The notes under the pieces were generated by a model. The model searched no databases. It was not told the origin of the DNA and saw only the letters and a program-made list of their open reading frames with translations. Positions 1-13,200 of a DNA stretch of 64,000 nucleotides are shown here, one piece after another; position 1 is the first letter of the stretch, and every line of letters begins with the position of its first letter. The DNA lies in NCBI GenBank assembly GCA_040954595.2, contig CM082579.2:10157625-10221624 (forward strand), given 5' to 3'. The translations under genes were made by a program, and so were the position numbers. The DNA is from Balanoglossus misakiensis. Taxonomy: Eukaryota; Animalia; Hemichordata.

Positions 1-811
1 TTTTGAGTTCATTAAAATGCAACTTTCAGCACCGTATTTTACAAATTTTTCTCGCGTGGGAGGGGGACACCCCATCCCACACCCATCCCCGCCACTTTTC
101 TTGTTTTACCAATCCTACCAAGTATTGTATTGACTTGTCATTTTAATTTATTCACTATTCATTCTTTTTGCAACGATATTCTTTCATATACTTCAATTAC
201 TTTAAGACATTTGTAATTAAGGTGTGGGAAGTCTCATTCCCTTTATTGCATACAAACTTGTACATAGGATCAAGACGGCGAATGTTTTCGGCGTGGGGGG
301 GGGGGTCATCATATTTTTTGGCCAGTCAAAGGGGGGTCATCGTTTTTTTGGTCCTGGGTGAAGGGGGGGGGGGTCGGTCTGATTTTGAAAACCCATGACA
401 CAAACTTGACGCCCCCCTCCCAGCCATAAAAACTGAACGGTCCCTTACGCTGGATTGCACTTGTTCGGAAAATATTCATTAAGACCCACCACAGTCTAAT
501 AAGCCACTTGCAAGACCCCTATGTGACATTTACGGTACATCCTGGCATTTTGCGGTTGGTACAGTATGAGCTTGCCTCGAAATCTCTATCGTATAGGAGC
601 ATTTTCAAACATTGCCTACCGTGTCGATTTAAAAGACATTTGCACGGCGGCGAAATTCGCCAGTTTTCTGAACACATGTCAAGTCTGCCAATTCAAATCT
701 TATTATTTCATATCCACTTTTATTCAAAATCTTTTTGAGAGTACCCCCGCAGGTTCTGACTCCTAGGATTCCCGGCACATTTGACAAATTATTACATCTC
801 TCACGTTACAG

Positions 812-2674
812 GAGTGCGTGATGATACTTGTGCTGTGTCGTTGTCGCCAAACCATACAAATCCAATCGTCGCGCTGGCTAGTTTCCCTGGGTCCGGAAAC
901 ACGTGGATGAGAATCTTGATAGAAATGGCAACGGGTATATACACAGGGAATGTACATTCAAGTAAAATACTGTATACAGCCGGTAAGTTTTGCCAATTGG
1001 CCAGCGCCCTGCTTGTATAGTAACGTAATGTGAAAACAACATTCGGCGAAGTTGTGGACGGTTAAGATGAGAATAAAAGCCATGGCTCACAATACACCCT
1101 TTTCATAAGTCTAGCGCCCTCATGCAACCATAATGAAAGTGAGGCCAATTGTGGCTGCCTTAAATAGGTTTTCACTTTGCGCTAGGGGGTCAAATCCCAT
1201 TGCATTCTGGTCGAAAAGTCGACAACCCACTGTAGTAAGAGATAGAAGAAATGATGTACTGTATTTCATGACTTCCTTCGGTCAAACATGTCTGTCTTTG
1301 TAGTTACCATATTAAACTTTTTTCACATTTTGTTATTTTTTCTGTTAAAAAGTTTCAGAATGACCCATCATCACTTTAGCTTATGAACTCCTATTACTTA
1401 AACATGGCAAAAATCGGCCATCTTGAAATTTTGTCGACCATGTGAGATTTTTATCACCCACCTAGGTAGCCAAAAACCTATTTAAGGAAATCCCTTGATG
1501 TGATTGGTCAACTTTTCCCCATTGGCCTCGCTTCGAGTTAAAATTCATGATGGCTGTGTGAGGGCGCTACACTTATGAAAAGGGTGTATACAGGGAGTTT
1601 AAGTTCCAGAATGTGCTTTAATTTGTAGATGGTGTATTTGTTTGCTTCAGATCAGATGGACAATAACTCAAATAATTGACAGAGACAATGCCTTTTGGCG
1701 GAAGCAGATTTGCATTTGCCGTGGAAACAAATTAAATTATTGCACTAGGCCTATATTGATAGTCGATTTGCTGGCATTGTTATTGCCGTGAATCAGTCAT
1801 AAGCAAAAGCCCTACCCTATGCCGTTGCCAACCGTCCAACTGTATGAATCGATTTCAGGATTTATCGGTGAACTTGAAAACCCTACCCTTGGCACAACAT
1901 TGACAGTCAAAACACATGGTTGTCGAGGCGAAGACTACGAAGCTGCGATACTGCTTCTACGTGACCCATACAAGGCGCTTATGGCTGAATTTAATCGCGA
2001 AGTGGCGGGGAAAACCGGCGTAGCGTCTCAGTCCAACTTCACAAGTCAAGGTAAGCACTGAAAAATATACAACTTCACTGCATGGTTTAGTACAAAACTC
2101 GAGATTAAATCCCATTTTGGTACCACCTGCACCTTGCTTTTAAAATTAAATAAAACTCTAAATCTACCAAGTTCATGTAAGCCTAGGCTACATGTGCAAT
2201 ATATAGTTTTATTTTTAAAAGTCAAAAGGTCAGACGTACTATATAGAGAACGACTAATGTTACATGTAGGCCTATATGTAAAAATTTACAAGACGTGTAC
2301 TTGCTTTTCTTATAGGGTGGTACGACTTTACCAAGAGCAAAACAGCAAAATGGATGCGTCACGCAATGTACTGGTTGAATTTCACAAAACCATTGCACGT
2401 GGTTGACTACTTGAACCTGAAGGAGAACACCATGGTGGAAGTGAGTAAAGTTGTCGACTTTCTGAATGTGACGCTGACAAGAAGGAGGCGCCGTTGTGTG
2501 CTGAGTGATATGGCGGGGATCTTTCACAGACAAGGGCAGGACTCCATCCCTGCTGACCCATTCACTGCCACCATGCACCAGGCACTTGAAGAAAACATTG
2601 GCGCTGTAAATGAACGACTGGGAGAGCTAAATCTGCCAAAACTGCGAAGAGAATTCAACGTCAAGGAGACGTGA
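812..2674 (+). CDS. WSCD1/WSCD2-family (sialate O-sulfotransferase-like) sulfotransferase domain; last three coding exons, 5' part not located
   Basis: Exons 812-982, 1859-2050 and 2316-2674 have canonical AG/GT ends and matching phase-1 junctions. Translation gives [26 protein letters not shown] (5'-PSB loop), VKTH and [18 protein letters not shown] (3'-PB), as in WSCD-family sulfotransferases. Stop TGA ends at 2674. Confidence 0.85.
1092..1589. mobile_element. Non-autonomous DNA transposon (MITE, ~500 bp) in a sulfotransferase intron
   Basis: Terminal inverted repeats ATACACCCTTTTCATAAGTcTAGCGCCCTCA ... TGAGGGCGCTAcACTTATGAAAAGGGTGTAT; no coding capacity. Confidence 0.75.
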
Positions 2675-2759
2675 ATGTCTCACAATTTGATTTGTGCCGG
2701 TTCAGAACGAGGAAGTGAATACTAATTATGGATCTTTAATCTTTATACAAGTTGACTTT

Positions 2760-3449
2760 TTAGGCCAAATAAAAAAAATATGTGCTGTTCCAATTACCTG
2801 ACCTACCCTAATTTTAGCAAGAACTATTAAAGGCACGTAAGCTGCAACTTTTGGGATAATTTTCATAATTTTTGTTTCACACTGCACTACCATAAGTCCA
2901 TGCAGATGAAGGCAGTGAACTATACACAAGCATTATAAAACCCTAAATATGAGTGCATATGCAAGTTTTAACCAGATAAATAATAAAGCTTTGCCGCAAG
3001 CGATTATGGCCGCCACCGTGGGAAAATGCAAGAAACAACAAAAATGTTGCATTTCCGGATATGGAACTTCATAAACAAAACATAATCTCGTCCACTTAAG
3101 CTCATGGAAGTATATGTACATCACTGAGACATTATATTTTCCGTTTTCATTGTAATATTGCACTTTTTTAAAAATTGCAGGAATTTTCGTTTTTCTTTAA
3201 TTTTTGGCCATTTTGTCATAAATAAGTGTTGATCTTGATATATTATAATGAAATATCATTCAATAGACATAATTAAAAGCATATATGAGATTATTTAAAA
3301 CTTTAATTTTTTATCCAGTTGCAGCTCATGTGCCTTTAAATCATTCTTCTACACTACGGGGGCCAAATATATAAAAAAAGTCCCTACCAACCTACCCTGT
3401 TTTTGAAAACAATGTAATCAGAACAGCACATATTTTTTATTTGGCTTTA
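2760..3449. mobile_element. MITE with a second element nested inside it
   Basis: Outer TIRs TAGGCCAAATAAAAAAAATATGTGCTGTTC ... GAACAGCACATATTTTTTATTTGGCTTTA; internal CCTACCCT motif on both sides of the inner element. Confidence 0.65.
2827..3339. mobile_element. TTAA-flanked (Kolobok-like) non-autonomous element
   Basis: TTAA-AGGCACgtaAGCTGCAACT ... AGTTGCAGCTcatGTGCCT-TTAA: TIRs with TTAA at both ends. Confidence 0.7.
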
Positions 3450-4350
3450 ATGGACCTGTCCTACAATGTATAAATGCCACGTTAATAAAAGCCAGTAATA
3501 GGAAAGTCCCTATAGACAGGTCTGATCTGACTGCATGTGAAAAGTTGTACGGCACACAACAGCAGATGGACATGTGTAGATGTTTCAAAACCAAAATCCT
3601 TGAGAATATAACAAAAAATTAACCAAAAATATAGTACTCGTTGGATTTGTTGCAAAATGTTTTTATTTTTTTTTTATTTTTTTTATACACTAGTGAAAGA
3701 AGCTTTTCTGCAAATTGCTTGTAAAGAAAACAGTCAAATAACAAAACTAAAACTGACAATTTAACAGGACTAAAAGTGTTTTCCGCATTCCAAAACAGTA
3801 ATTTTTGCAAAATAGCCATGTACATGTACAGTGATGCTGTGTTGAATCACATTCTTTTTCATCCAAGTGACACAAATCACTGGTAATAACAGCTAACAGT
3901 CTACGATGCCTATGATTGCAGAACTTAGCATGTATGTAGCTTTTTAAAGGAAAATATTCATTTCCGTAAGTACCTGCAGCAACAGGATGGAGCAATCAGC
4001 TCACTCTGTATTTCCTGGTACAGCAGAAACACAGGGAAGATTGGTACTGGGTTGCAGTACATAATGTTTGCTGGTTAACAGGTCGAAATTGATTTGATTG
4101 GTGATTGTCAAGTCCAAGGAAACAGTAACAGCCCAGTGGTATTGTAAAAACACAATCAATACAACAAAACAAAACAAATGTAACAATGTATTTGCTACAT
4201 GTAAGGCCTGCATACTGTTTCTTATGTAGCTGCTGTCTCAATAATTTTGTACACAAGAAGTAGCTCCGATTCTCACTAGCTGATAGAGCCTAGATCTATC
4301 ATAAGACACCAAATCAAGAAATCACTTATCATGATCAGACCCTGAAGAAA

Positions 4351-4545
4351 TACTGTAAAACGGGTTATTTTCGGGATATCAAAAGAGGCAACTGTTACGT
4401 GAGGTTAAATTTTCGTGTTCTCATATTTCTCTGCATCGGTATCTCTGAAAAAAAAATTTACGCGACTTTTTATTTTCATGTTTTTTGGATTCTCGCGTAT
4501 TTTCGCGAAAATTTATTGCTCGCGAAAATAACCCGTTTTACGGTA
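4351..4545. mobile_element. TA-flanked ~200-bp MITE (Tc1/mariner-like), family A copy 1
   Basis: TACTGTAAAACGGGTTATTTTCG ... CGCGAAAATAACCCGTTTTACGGTA; related copies at 11058, 24247, 24752 and 33561. Confidence 0.8.
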
Positions 4546-5322
4546 ACTAATTGCCAGGAATGTGATAATTTCAATGCCGTTATACAGTAAAGATGTCACT
4601 CAAATGACAAAGGAGAAACAAATACAAAGGTCACATTGGGTATCATCACACCCCTACTTGACACTGCAGTAATGTGCCTACATGATTCATTTCACATTTT
4701 TTTATAATAACTGAAAAAAAGTACATCTATAACAATTAAAGCTGGGGTGGTTTGTTTAATCTCACTCTGAAAATTTCAATTAAATTCAGATATGGAAGTG
4801 AATACTTATGCAAGAAAATCTGATTATGAAAATACAACTTTTAATATTTACATGTAAAATATGGTCTGTTTACAACTAATGTTCATAACTGAGAAAAATA
4901 AAAATAACACAACTGTTTTCAGTCCTCCAATGCAACTGCTTTGAGAGGAGAATATAGAACAAATTATTAAAAACAAAAACACAGCTTACTTTTTTGGCAT
5001 GTAAAGATGTAACAGTACATTGTAATATTCAAAGTTGACTGCCTATAGGATTGGCACACCAATGTGTAATGTCTTGATAGTCTTGTCTTTATGGTTCACA
5101 CAGAAATGGAGAAAATACAAAATACTATGTCTGTTCACGTTATTTTGATGAAAGATCTCTACTTGGCACTCTGTATTATGTATGCAACATGCAACATTTC
5201 AGTGACTGTTCTCCAATGTGCTTATGTAACAGTCAACTTGCCAGATAAATCTTGGTCGATCACCAGCCAACTGAGTCCTTAACACAGTAAATATCTGGAA
5301 GTTAAATTTCAATGTTGTAACT

Positions 5323-5565
5323 TTAAAGTGAAGGGGTCGTCACGCCGCGTTTGTTTGATTATAAACATTACAATTCATCCACAAATCCCTGAAATTAGAT
5401 AATTCTTAGAATGAACGAAGCAGCCAATCGTAGCGTAGACTGGGCATGACAGCTACTGAAGATCCTAGTAGGTCGTGGCAACTGCAGTGGGGTTTGCTCT
5501 GGTATGGGAGGATGTATTCTCGTCAAGGGGGACACCCACACGGTGCGACGACTGCTTCCTTTTAA
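5323..5565. mobile_element. TTAA-flanked ~245-bp interspersed repeat (Kolobok-like), copy 1
   Basis: Closely similar reverse-complement copy at 11558-11811; both copies begin and end in TTAA. Confidence 0.7.
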
Positions 5566-7241
5566 AGTTGATAATTCAAACAAGCATTCCACAATCAGTG
5601 CGTCTAAACCAATATGGCTACGCTGCATTTTTCAATCTTTGGTTGTCTACTCTTGTACTCTTATTTTTTAAATTTCCCCTAAAATGTATCATCAAACAAA
5701 AAATATGATATATAAACATTCCTATAGCAATAAAACTACAATAAAAACAAACAAAAAGAACACTTATGTACAACTGTGACGGTATAATGTACTTTTCATT
5801 CATCAGACAACTGATTGAACAGAGCACTTTCACATCTACTGGATATAAAACTCACTATGTAAATAACTGAGGATACATTTTCCTACAAACTTAGACTTCA
5901 CATATTTACAAACCATGTACCTACTAATATAATATATATATAAAAAAAGTTAGAGACAGACATCTACGGTAAATGCTAAAACTTCAAGTCTACAGAATGG
6001 AATTCTTCCCAAGTACAATGTTCCATGAATAAGTTTTTGATTCTCGTGTAGAACAGCTTTCTATATCTCAATCAAAATGTAGCAGACATTCCAGATTTCA
6101 TTGAGTCTTACTAGATCATATGCACATTTAACAAGTGTAAAGTTTGGCACAGTCTCTGACAAGAACTGACAAGAACAGAATCTGTGTCAGCTGAGACTGT
6201 TTTCTACCCTGTGAAAGTACACGGCTATATCAAGGAAGCCATGCAACGCAGATGACAATGTATTAATTAAAGATGGATGGAGAATTCTTCAGGTCACTGT
6301 GGTGCCCACTTCAAGCATTCATTCAAATTCTGCCAAGTGGCACTTTACACAGATCTCCATTTAGGAAAGAAACGCTGGGTTCATCATGACCAGAATTGAT
6401 TTGAGAATTTGTGTTTCCTCAAAATTATCGAGATTTGAAAATCAAACTGTCTTCCAAACTGTTTTTGTTTCATATGATAATATGTCAACATAGCTCATCT
6501 GCCATGACAATTTCTAACCTCTCGCTCTCTATCATGAACACAGCCACTGTGTGTTCTGATGCAAGAAAACTCAGGCCTTGATTTTGTTTATGAAACAAAA
6601 ATGGGCACAATGTCACTATTATAACTTAATGCTTGTTATGCAGAGTCATGTGACTACTATCCAGTTTTTTCTTGCATTATGGTTATATTCTATGAGTCAA
6701 CTGCTTTTTTTCCAGGATTCACTGCCAACACAGAATGCAGTTTCTAAATGTTTTTCTTAAAAGAACAAAGTTGCTCACTTTGACATGATTATTGTTTAGT
6801 TTCTTTTGATAGCTTTTTTATACTCAGCTCACTGAAATATGTTCACTGACCAGGTGTTACACAAACTTAACTCATACCATTTCTATGAATATAGCAGATG
6901 AATATGTCAATCACATGATCAATGCCAACAATTGTTTCATAGCTGGCATTTAGATGTTATGACCATATGCAGGGTGTGAGTTGAGATGTGAGCTGAATGA
7001 CATAAGCAGGCTATCAAAATTGACTGAAATAACCAAATTAATATCAGAAGTGAGTGACTGTGTCCCTTTAAAGAATTCAGTTTCCTACTTATTTGCATAT
7101 AAATAGACCGTTCAAGCCTTGCAATGTGCCCTAGATCAGAATGGGCAAACTGTCCCACTATATAAATAAATTTTGAAGTCTGCATAATCGTCAGATTTCC
7201 ACAGTGAAAGTCAAGTCTCTGTCATGATAAAGAGTCCAGAT

Positions 7242-10200
7242 CTATGCAGTAACTTTGGCAACGACTGGACTCTGAGGTGGGGTTCTTTCTAGAAGTTCGG
7301 GATGCAAGACAAAATCGCGCTTGAATGGTCGATGTCTCGTCACTTTGCTCATCTTGCTGTAGTCTGTGATGTGAAAGTGCGGTCCGTTCATCGGTGGCTC
7401 AGGTCTGTATTTGCTGTCTATCGTGTGAAACAACTTGGCTATTGCTTTGGCCTCTGTCAGGAGAGAAAAAATCAAACAAAAAAATCTTTCAATGCCAGAA
7501 AAATCTTACTATGTTATATATATACAAGATAAAGAAGAAATGACGACTAGGAGGGACACACTAAGAGTAATCGTGGGATTTAACATTTTTTATTATGCAA
7601 CTTACGGATTCAGTGTTCTCCCCAGAGCAATTAAAGCATAGTGATTGCTATTCTTTAATTGTAAGACGACAATAGAACTTTACTTAATATAACAGTTGTT
7701 ATGCAAATTAGCCGCTACACTATCAGAAATTCCTGGGGAGAGAACACTGGGAATTTGAACTAAACCAGATTATTTTTTTCCATTCCCGTATTTAGAATAC
7801 TTTTTCCTCTGTTCATTCAAAGAGAAACTTTCAATTCATAATAGCATTCTGGCAACTTTCTAAGTATCCATTCCATGGTAACTAACCTTCAGCACCAGCG
7901 CCTTTCAGGTATCTTCTCAGAGAAGGTTGAAACTGTGGTTTCACATGTTCTCTCACAGCTTCATCAGCAAATTTTTTATGGTTCGAATCGTCCACCATTT
8001 TCATCACAGCTTCTTGGTCTGTCATGAGGAATTATTCAGATGGCATTTTATTGTTACTGAAGAAGTGCGCAGATGTTTATACTGTCTGGTTTGGAATATG
8101 CAAGAAGTCTACATTGACCATATGCTATACATGCATTCTATGCTGCTTGCAAGTAACACTAATTGTCCAAACTATAAAAAATGTGGGATTTTGTGCGTGT
8201 GCCACAAGAATTTTCATCATTATTCTTTTCAATAGCACTGACACGGTATCAACAACCAACTGGTTCGTGAGGCAGTTGCCATCTGATGAAGGGCGCCCCC
8301 TGTGTCCAAAAACAGATACTTGCCTTGTTTACTGGCCACTTTCATCCAAGCTTCTGCAGCCTGTGCTGATCTGGGACTCATTAGATTTCTCACAGCCTGT
8401 TTTGAAAAGACAACAATAAACTGTGAAACAAACTTACTATGAAACATACCTGATAAGACAGAAAGTTAGTAACATAGAACAGAGAACGTGTTCCTTCCAT
8501 AGCACATATTGTACAGTACTATACTATGTTGTTTTTTCACTGAGCTGTGTGAAGAATATACATGTATATTTTAACACATATTAGAATTGCCAATAAATGT
8601 GTCAAATTGGGTAAAATGCTGACTATATACTGATTTGTATGGATGACTTTTGAATGAAATGAAAAAGGGTAATATTTGTCTAAATAGTTCACCAAGAACT
8701 CTCATTTCCCTTCATTTAGGATGTCATTTCCTGTAAAGCATTTGAGTTCCCCATCTATACCTCTTTAAACACTTGTCAAATGCATACATATTTTCCCCAA
8801 CATATTCTAGCCATCACATTAATTTCTACACAAATTACGACCTCAAATGATGAAGGTGGCGAAATTCAAACCAATATTTTCACGGCATCTTTAATCCCTT
8901 ATTCAAAAACAAAATAGTTTGGACAATCTATTGGTTGTCATGGTGAATATTGTCTATTTTGAAAGACACCATTAAGGCATCAACTAATGTTACAACGTAA
9001 GAATTTACGACATGATGAAACTTTTTAACTTGTTTGAACCCTTTCCATTAAAATCACAACTCAACAAAGGACTTCATCAGGTGGCATTCGTATCCAGGAA
9101 ACAAGTTATGGAGATTAAATTGAAAAATTGTGTTTCAGTGCAAAGACAGCATCTCTCCCATCACAATGCTGATTTTCTCTTTTCACTTTTTCATCCAGTA
9201 ATGAAAAGGTCTACAAAAGAACTTTAGAACTTTGTCTCAATATATATATGATTTGATTGACACATTTTCAGTCCCAGTTTGCAAATACAGGCCAGGTAGT
9301 GTACATGTCCATACTGTCACAAAATGTATTAAAGTGAATATTTACTTGTCCAGTAATTAACACAAGGTTAATTACATATCTTAATATATACCACAAAATC
9401 TGCAATGTCATCTTCAATAATTCATTCATGATCAGTATCATTTTTATGAACCAATTTTGTTAGATCCATAGAAACATGTAAACGGGGCATCGCCACTGAG
9501 ATTCAAACTTGTATTAATTGCAATTGGATCAAAAACACAATAAATGAGTGTGAACCACAGCAAGAGTTTCAGCACACAATAACAAAGGTTACTGAGCAAC
9601 ACAGTGGTCAAATTAGATGACACAAAAACAAAAATCACACAAACAGGTGGCATGTAAAATCATAGCTAGTGCAGAAACAGAAAAGCAGGAAAAAATCAGA
9701 ATGACAAATGAATGAAAAGGAATTGCATCTTACCCAGCTTGGGAAATACTTTTTGGGTAGCTTATTGATAAAAAATATGCAAAATAATTACAAACAAGAA
9801 AATAAAATACCCATAAACAAGAAAAGAAATACTCATAACATCTGAAATTTGGTTTTGAAGCCATGGTACTTCTCATTTTAAAGAGATCATGAAATTATGC
9901 GACTTTGGCCAATTTTGGCAAAACTACATGTACCTCTTCAACGGAATGCAAGTGTATGCAGACTCATTTCTTACATGTAAAACTTAAACATAACAGGGTG
10001 TGTATTAATAATTATTGAAAACATTTATAGTGCCCAATTTGTTCCACGATTACAAATGAGTGAAAAATAAAACATGCGCAGGTATAATAAAAAATGGGGT
10101 CGGGATTGGAGGGGAAAAACTAAACAGCAGTGGGACAATACCCCTCAGTTGTCCACACAGAAAAGACGCGATGCATTACAACTGAATGTAACCAACAGGA

Positions 10201-13200
10201 CCATCTGGTTCCAGCACTTTGAAGCTTGTCAAACTGAATTCATTCATCATACACATGACACATAGATCTTCAATGCAATTAATATAAAATACTTTGGAGC
10301 TTCATACACAGTGTTTGCATTCGCATTTCACTGTACACAAAAATACCACTGTCATCATTGTAAATAATCTGTGACTCATATTGTATCATAGTTTCCATGA
10401 CAACAAACTGGACAGCTCAGCCAGGCTATCAGCAATTGTCACGTATATACAAAGTCTATCGCTGTTAAATACTGAGGAAAACGTGATTGAAATGTGGTTT
10501 GCCAGAGAGACCTCATTCTGCATCTGTGTTGCAACTCTGAATGCATGTTTTCCCACATAAATTGGTAAATTCTGGGATTCTAAAGGGGTGTATTAGCTTG
10601 TAATAAATTCCATTACCCCTTTTAAACAGTTTTGCTTTGTGTGCCAACTTTCGGAAGCATATACCCGAACACACAGGATATGATGTGTTAGTTGAAGTGA
10701 CAGCAGTTGCTATGGTGACTTGGGCACATGTAAACATGACACCTAAACCTATAGCCTAGATTTCCATTTCAGAAATTGCTCTTTAATTTTGATGAATCGA
10801 AACATATGCACATGGCCCATGGAACATTACAGTAAACATAATATATTTTTGAATGTGTCTAGAACTAGAAGGGGGTAGACAGAAATTTCCCCTGGGATAA
10901 ACAATGCTACATAATCATCGTCTAATGAGAATTTCCTTCAGTCAATCATGGTAAAATAAAATTACAAAAGAAATAGAATAGTTATTTTTGGATGGTGCTT
11001 GCATAATGAAATTCTTGAAATACATGTACTTTTCAACAAACATGTATACTGAATAAATACTGTAAAATGGGAAATTTTTTCGACAGGAAATTTTCACGAT
11101 ATCAAAGGAGGCAACTATTACGTGATGATTTTTTTATTTTTGCGTTTTTGGGGCTCTCACATACATGTAGTTGGCGAAAAATTCCAATTTTACGGTATGT
11201 AGGAAACTGACTTAATTAGGATCATAAAATACTTTGAGAATTAAAACTTATCTCACCTCATTATTCTTATATGAAAGTACACCAGCAGTGGCAGGTCTTC
11301 CTATGTACTTCTGTCGTAATAACTCCCGTTTTCTCCTTTCTTCTAGTGAACATTTGGCATCAACTGTCATGTGATCAACAAAGTCAAGACCATGTCACTT
11401 TCCGCACTCCATGCACAGACAGTGTTTGTGTTAGTACTGACTTCCAAAATCAAAATTCGTTGTAGAAAATTCGACTATTCTACAGATAGTTCATAATAAT
11501 TTTGTGAGAGTTTCTGCGACTAAGAAATAATACAATACACGTGTATCTAAAATAAATTTAAAGGGAATGGGTCTTCGTGCCGCGTGGGTGTATCCCCCTT
11601 AATGAGAATATGTCCTCCCATACCAGCGCAAACCCCACTGCAGTCGCCACGACCAACTAGGATCTTCAGTTGCTGTTATACCCAGTCTACATGTATGCTA
11701 CGTTTGGGTGCTTCGTTTATTCTAAGAATTATCTAATTTCAGGGATTTGTGGATGAACTGTAATGTTTTATATAAAGAAACAAACGCGGCGAGATGACCC
11801 CTTCACTTTAAATTTATGATCAAATACAAGATATACCGGTACATGTACTTCATAAATCATGGTGCATTTTTCATAGAGATAAAAAAATGCCAATCATGGT
11901 TGGTCAATAATCAATACTGTTATCACAGAATTCAATGTTCACTTTGTCTGAACTGAGAAACAGAGTGTGCATCTGCTCGACTATCTCTATTGTTACCTGT
12001 TGCCATGGATACACTTACTGGTATATTTTGCTTTGCCCATGGCTGCATCAGCGTCATGGAAACCTGGTACAGTTCTGAGTCTGCACGATAAAAACACTCT
12101 GTTGAATAAACACACAAAAGAGAGAGAAAATGTGTCAGTTAGAGCACCTGCATGAAAAACAATGATGATCATTCAAAACTTGTATGGATTTCCCAGCAAC
12201 TGAAAATTTCAAATGTAAATGTTATTGAAACTGATATAGTCAATGTATTCTTATTTAACGATATATTAATATTTATTTTAAGGTAAGTGTGTATGTAATT
12301 ATCTATCCCAGCATGCACTGCTGCTTTCTGCAACCATGTCACTTGTTAGATATTTTTTAGGGTTCAGTGGGATGGAGCTTTAACATTTAACAGGCATGGG
12401 TATCATGTTCTTAAAGGTATGGGCAAAGCAATTATCTTGAATAAACACTGGATCAATGGTACTTAGGGGTCATTGATCCAACGACTGAATACTGTAAACA
12501 AGCGTTGCCAACCGAATTGCGACAGGAAAGCTCTGATTGTATGTATATATACTGGGCAAAAATGAAATAACTGCAACAAAGCCAAAGATCATTACATTCA
12601 ATGCATACATACTTTTTTAAGGCTACCTGGTATATTTCTCAGCACAGGGAACCCTCATACATTTTCATAGATTTGTTAATCTTAACTTTACCATGACATT
12701 ATATATTTACACAAAACTGGAAAATTGATACTTTTTAAGCCAAAGAATCTGGTTTATGTATTTTAACTTTGAGAGTACATGTATATGTTGATTCATAAAA
12801 TGTACTTAATGACATTCATAATGATCTTTAGAAATTTAATTGGCAGTTGTAAAAAATAAACTACATCGTACAACATTTTATCTGAAATGTACAATTTGTA
12901 TGGCTTTGCTGACAATACACAAGTTTACGATCGTATGGTTAAAGTGACCATCAGTTACATATACGTGAGGCGACAGTCATACTTTTTCAAGTACAAGTAC
13001 CAGCATTGTATTATCCATTTCAATTTAAAGTTACTGTGGAAAGTATAGCAATAATATACTTAAAACTCTATGCAATAAAACTTCCAGTTGTTGCATTTTG
13101 GCCATGTTGTTGGGGTAAAAGCATTTACAGGCCTAATGCAGAAACATTGCATTTGAAATGAAAACTGGCAGTTACTGACGTATATAGTGGTAACACTACG

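Noticed and set aside
508-766. Short ORFs as the upstream exon of the sulfotransferase
   Set aside because: No convincing phase-1 donor, signal anchor or WSC cysteine pattern found.
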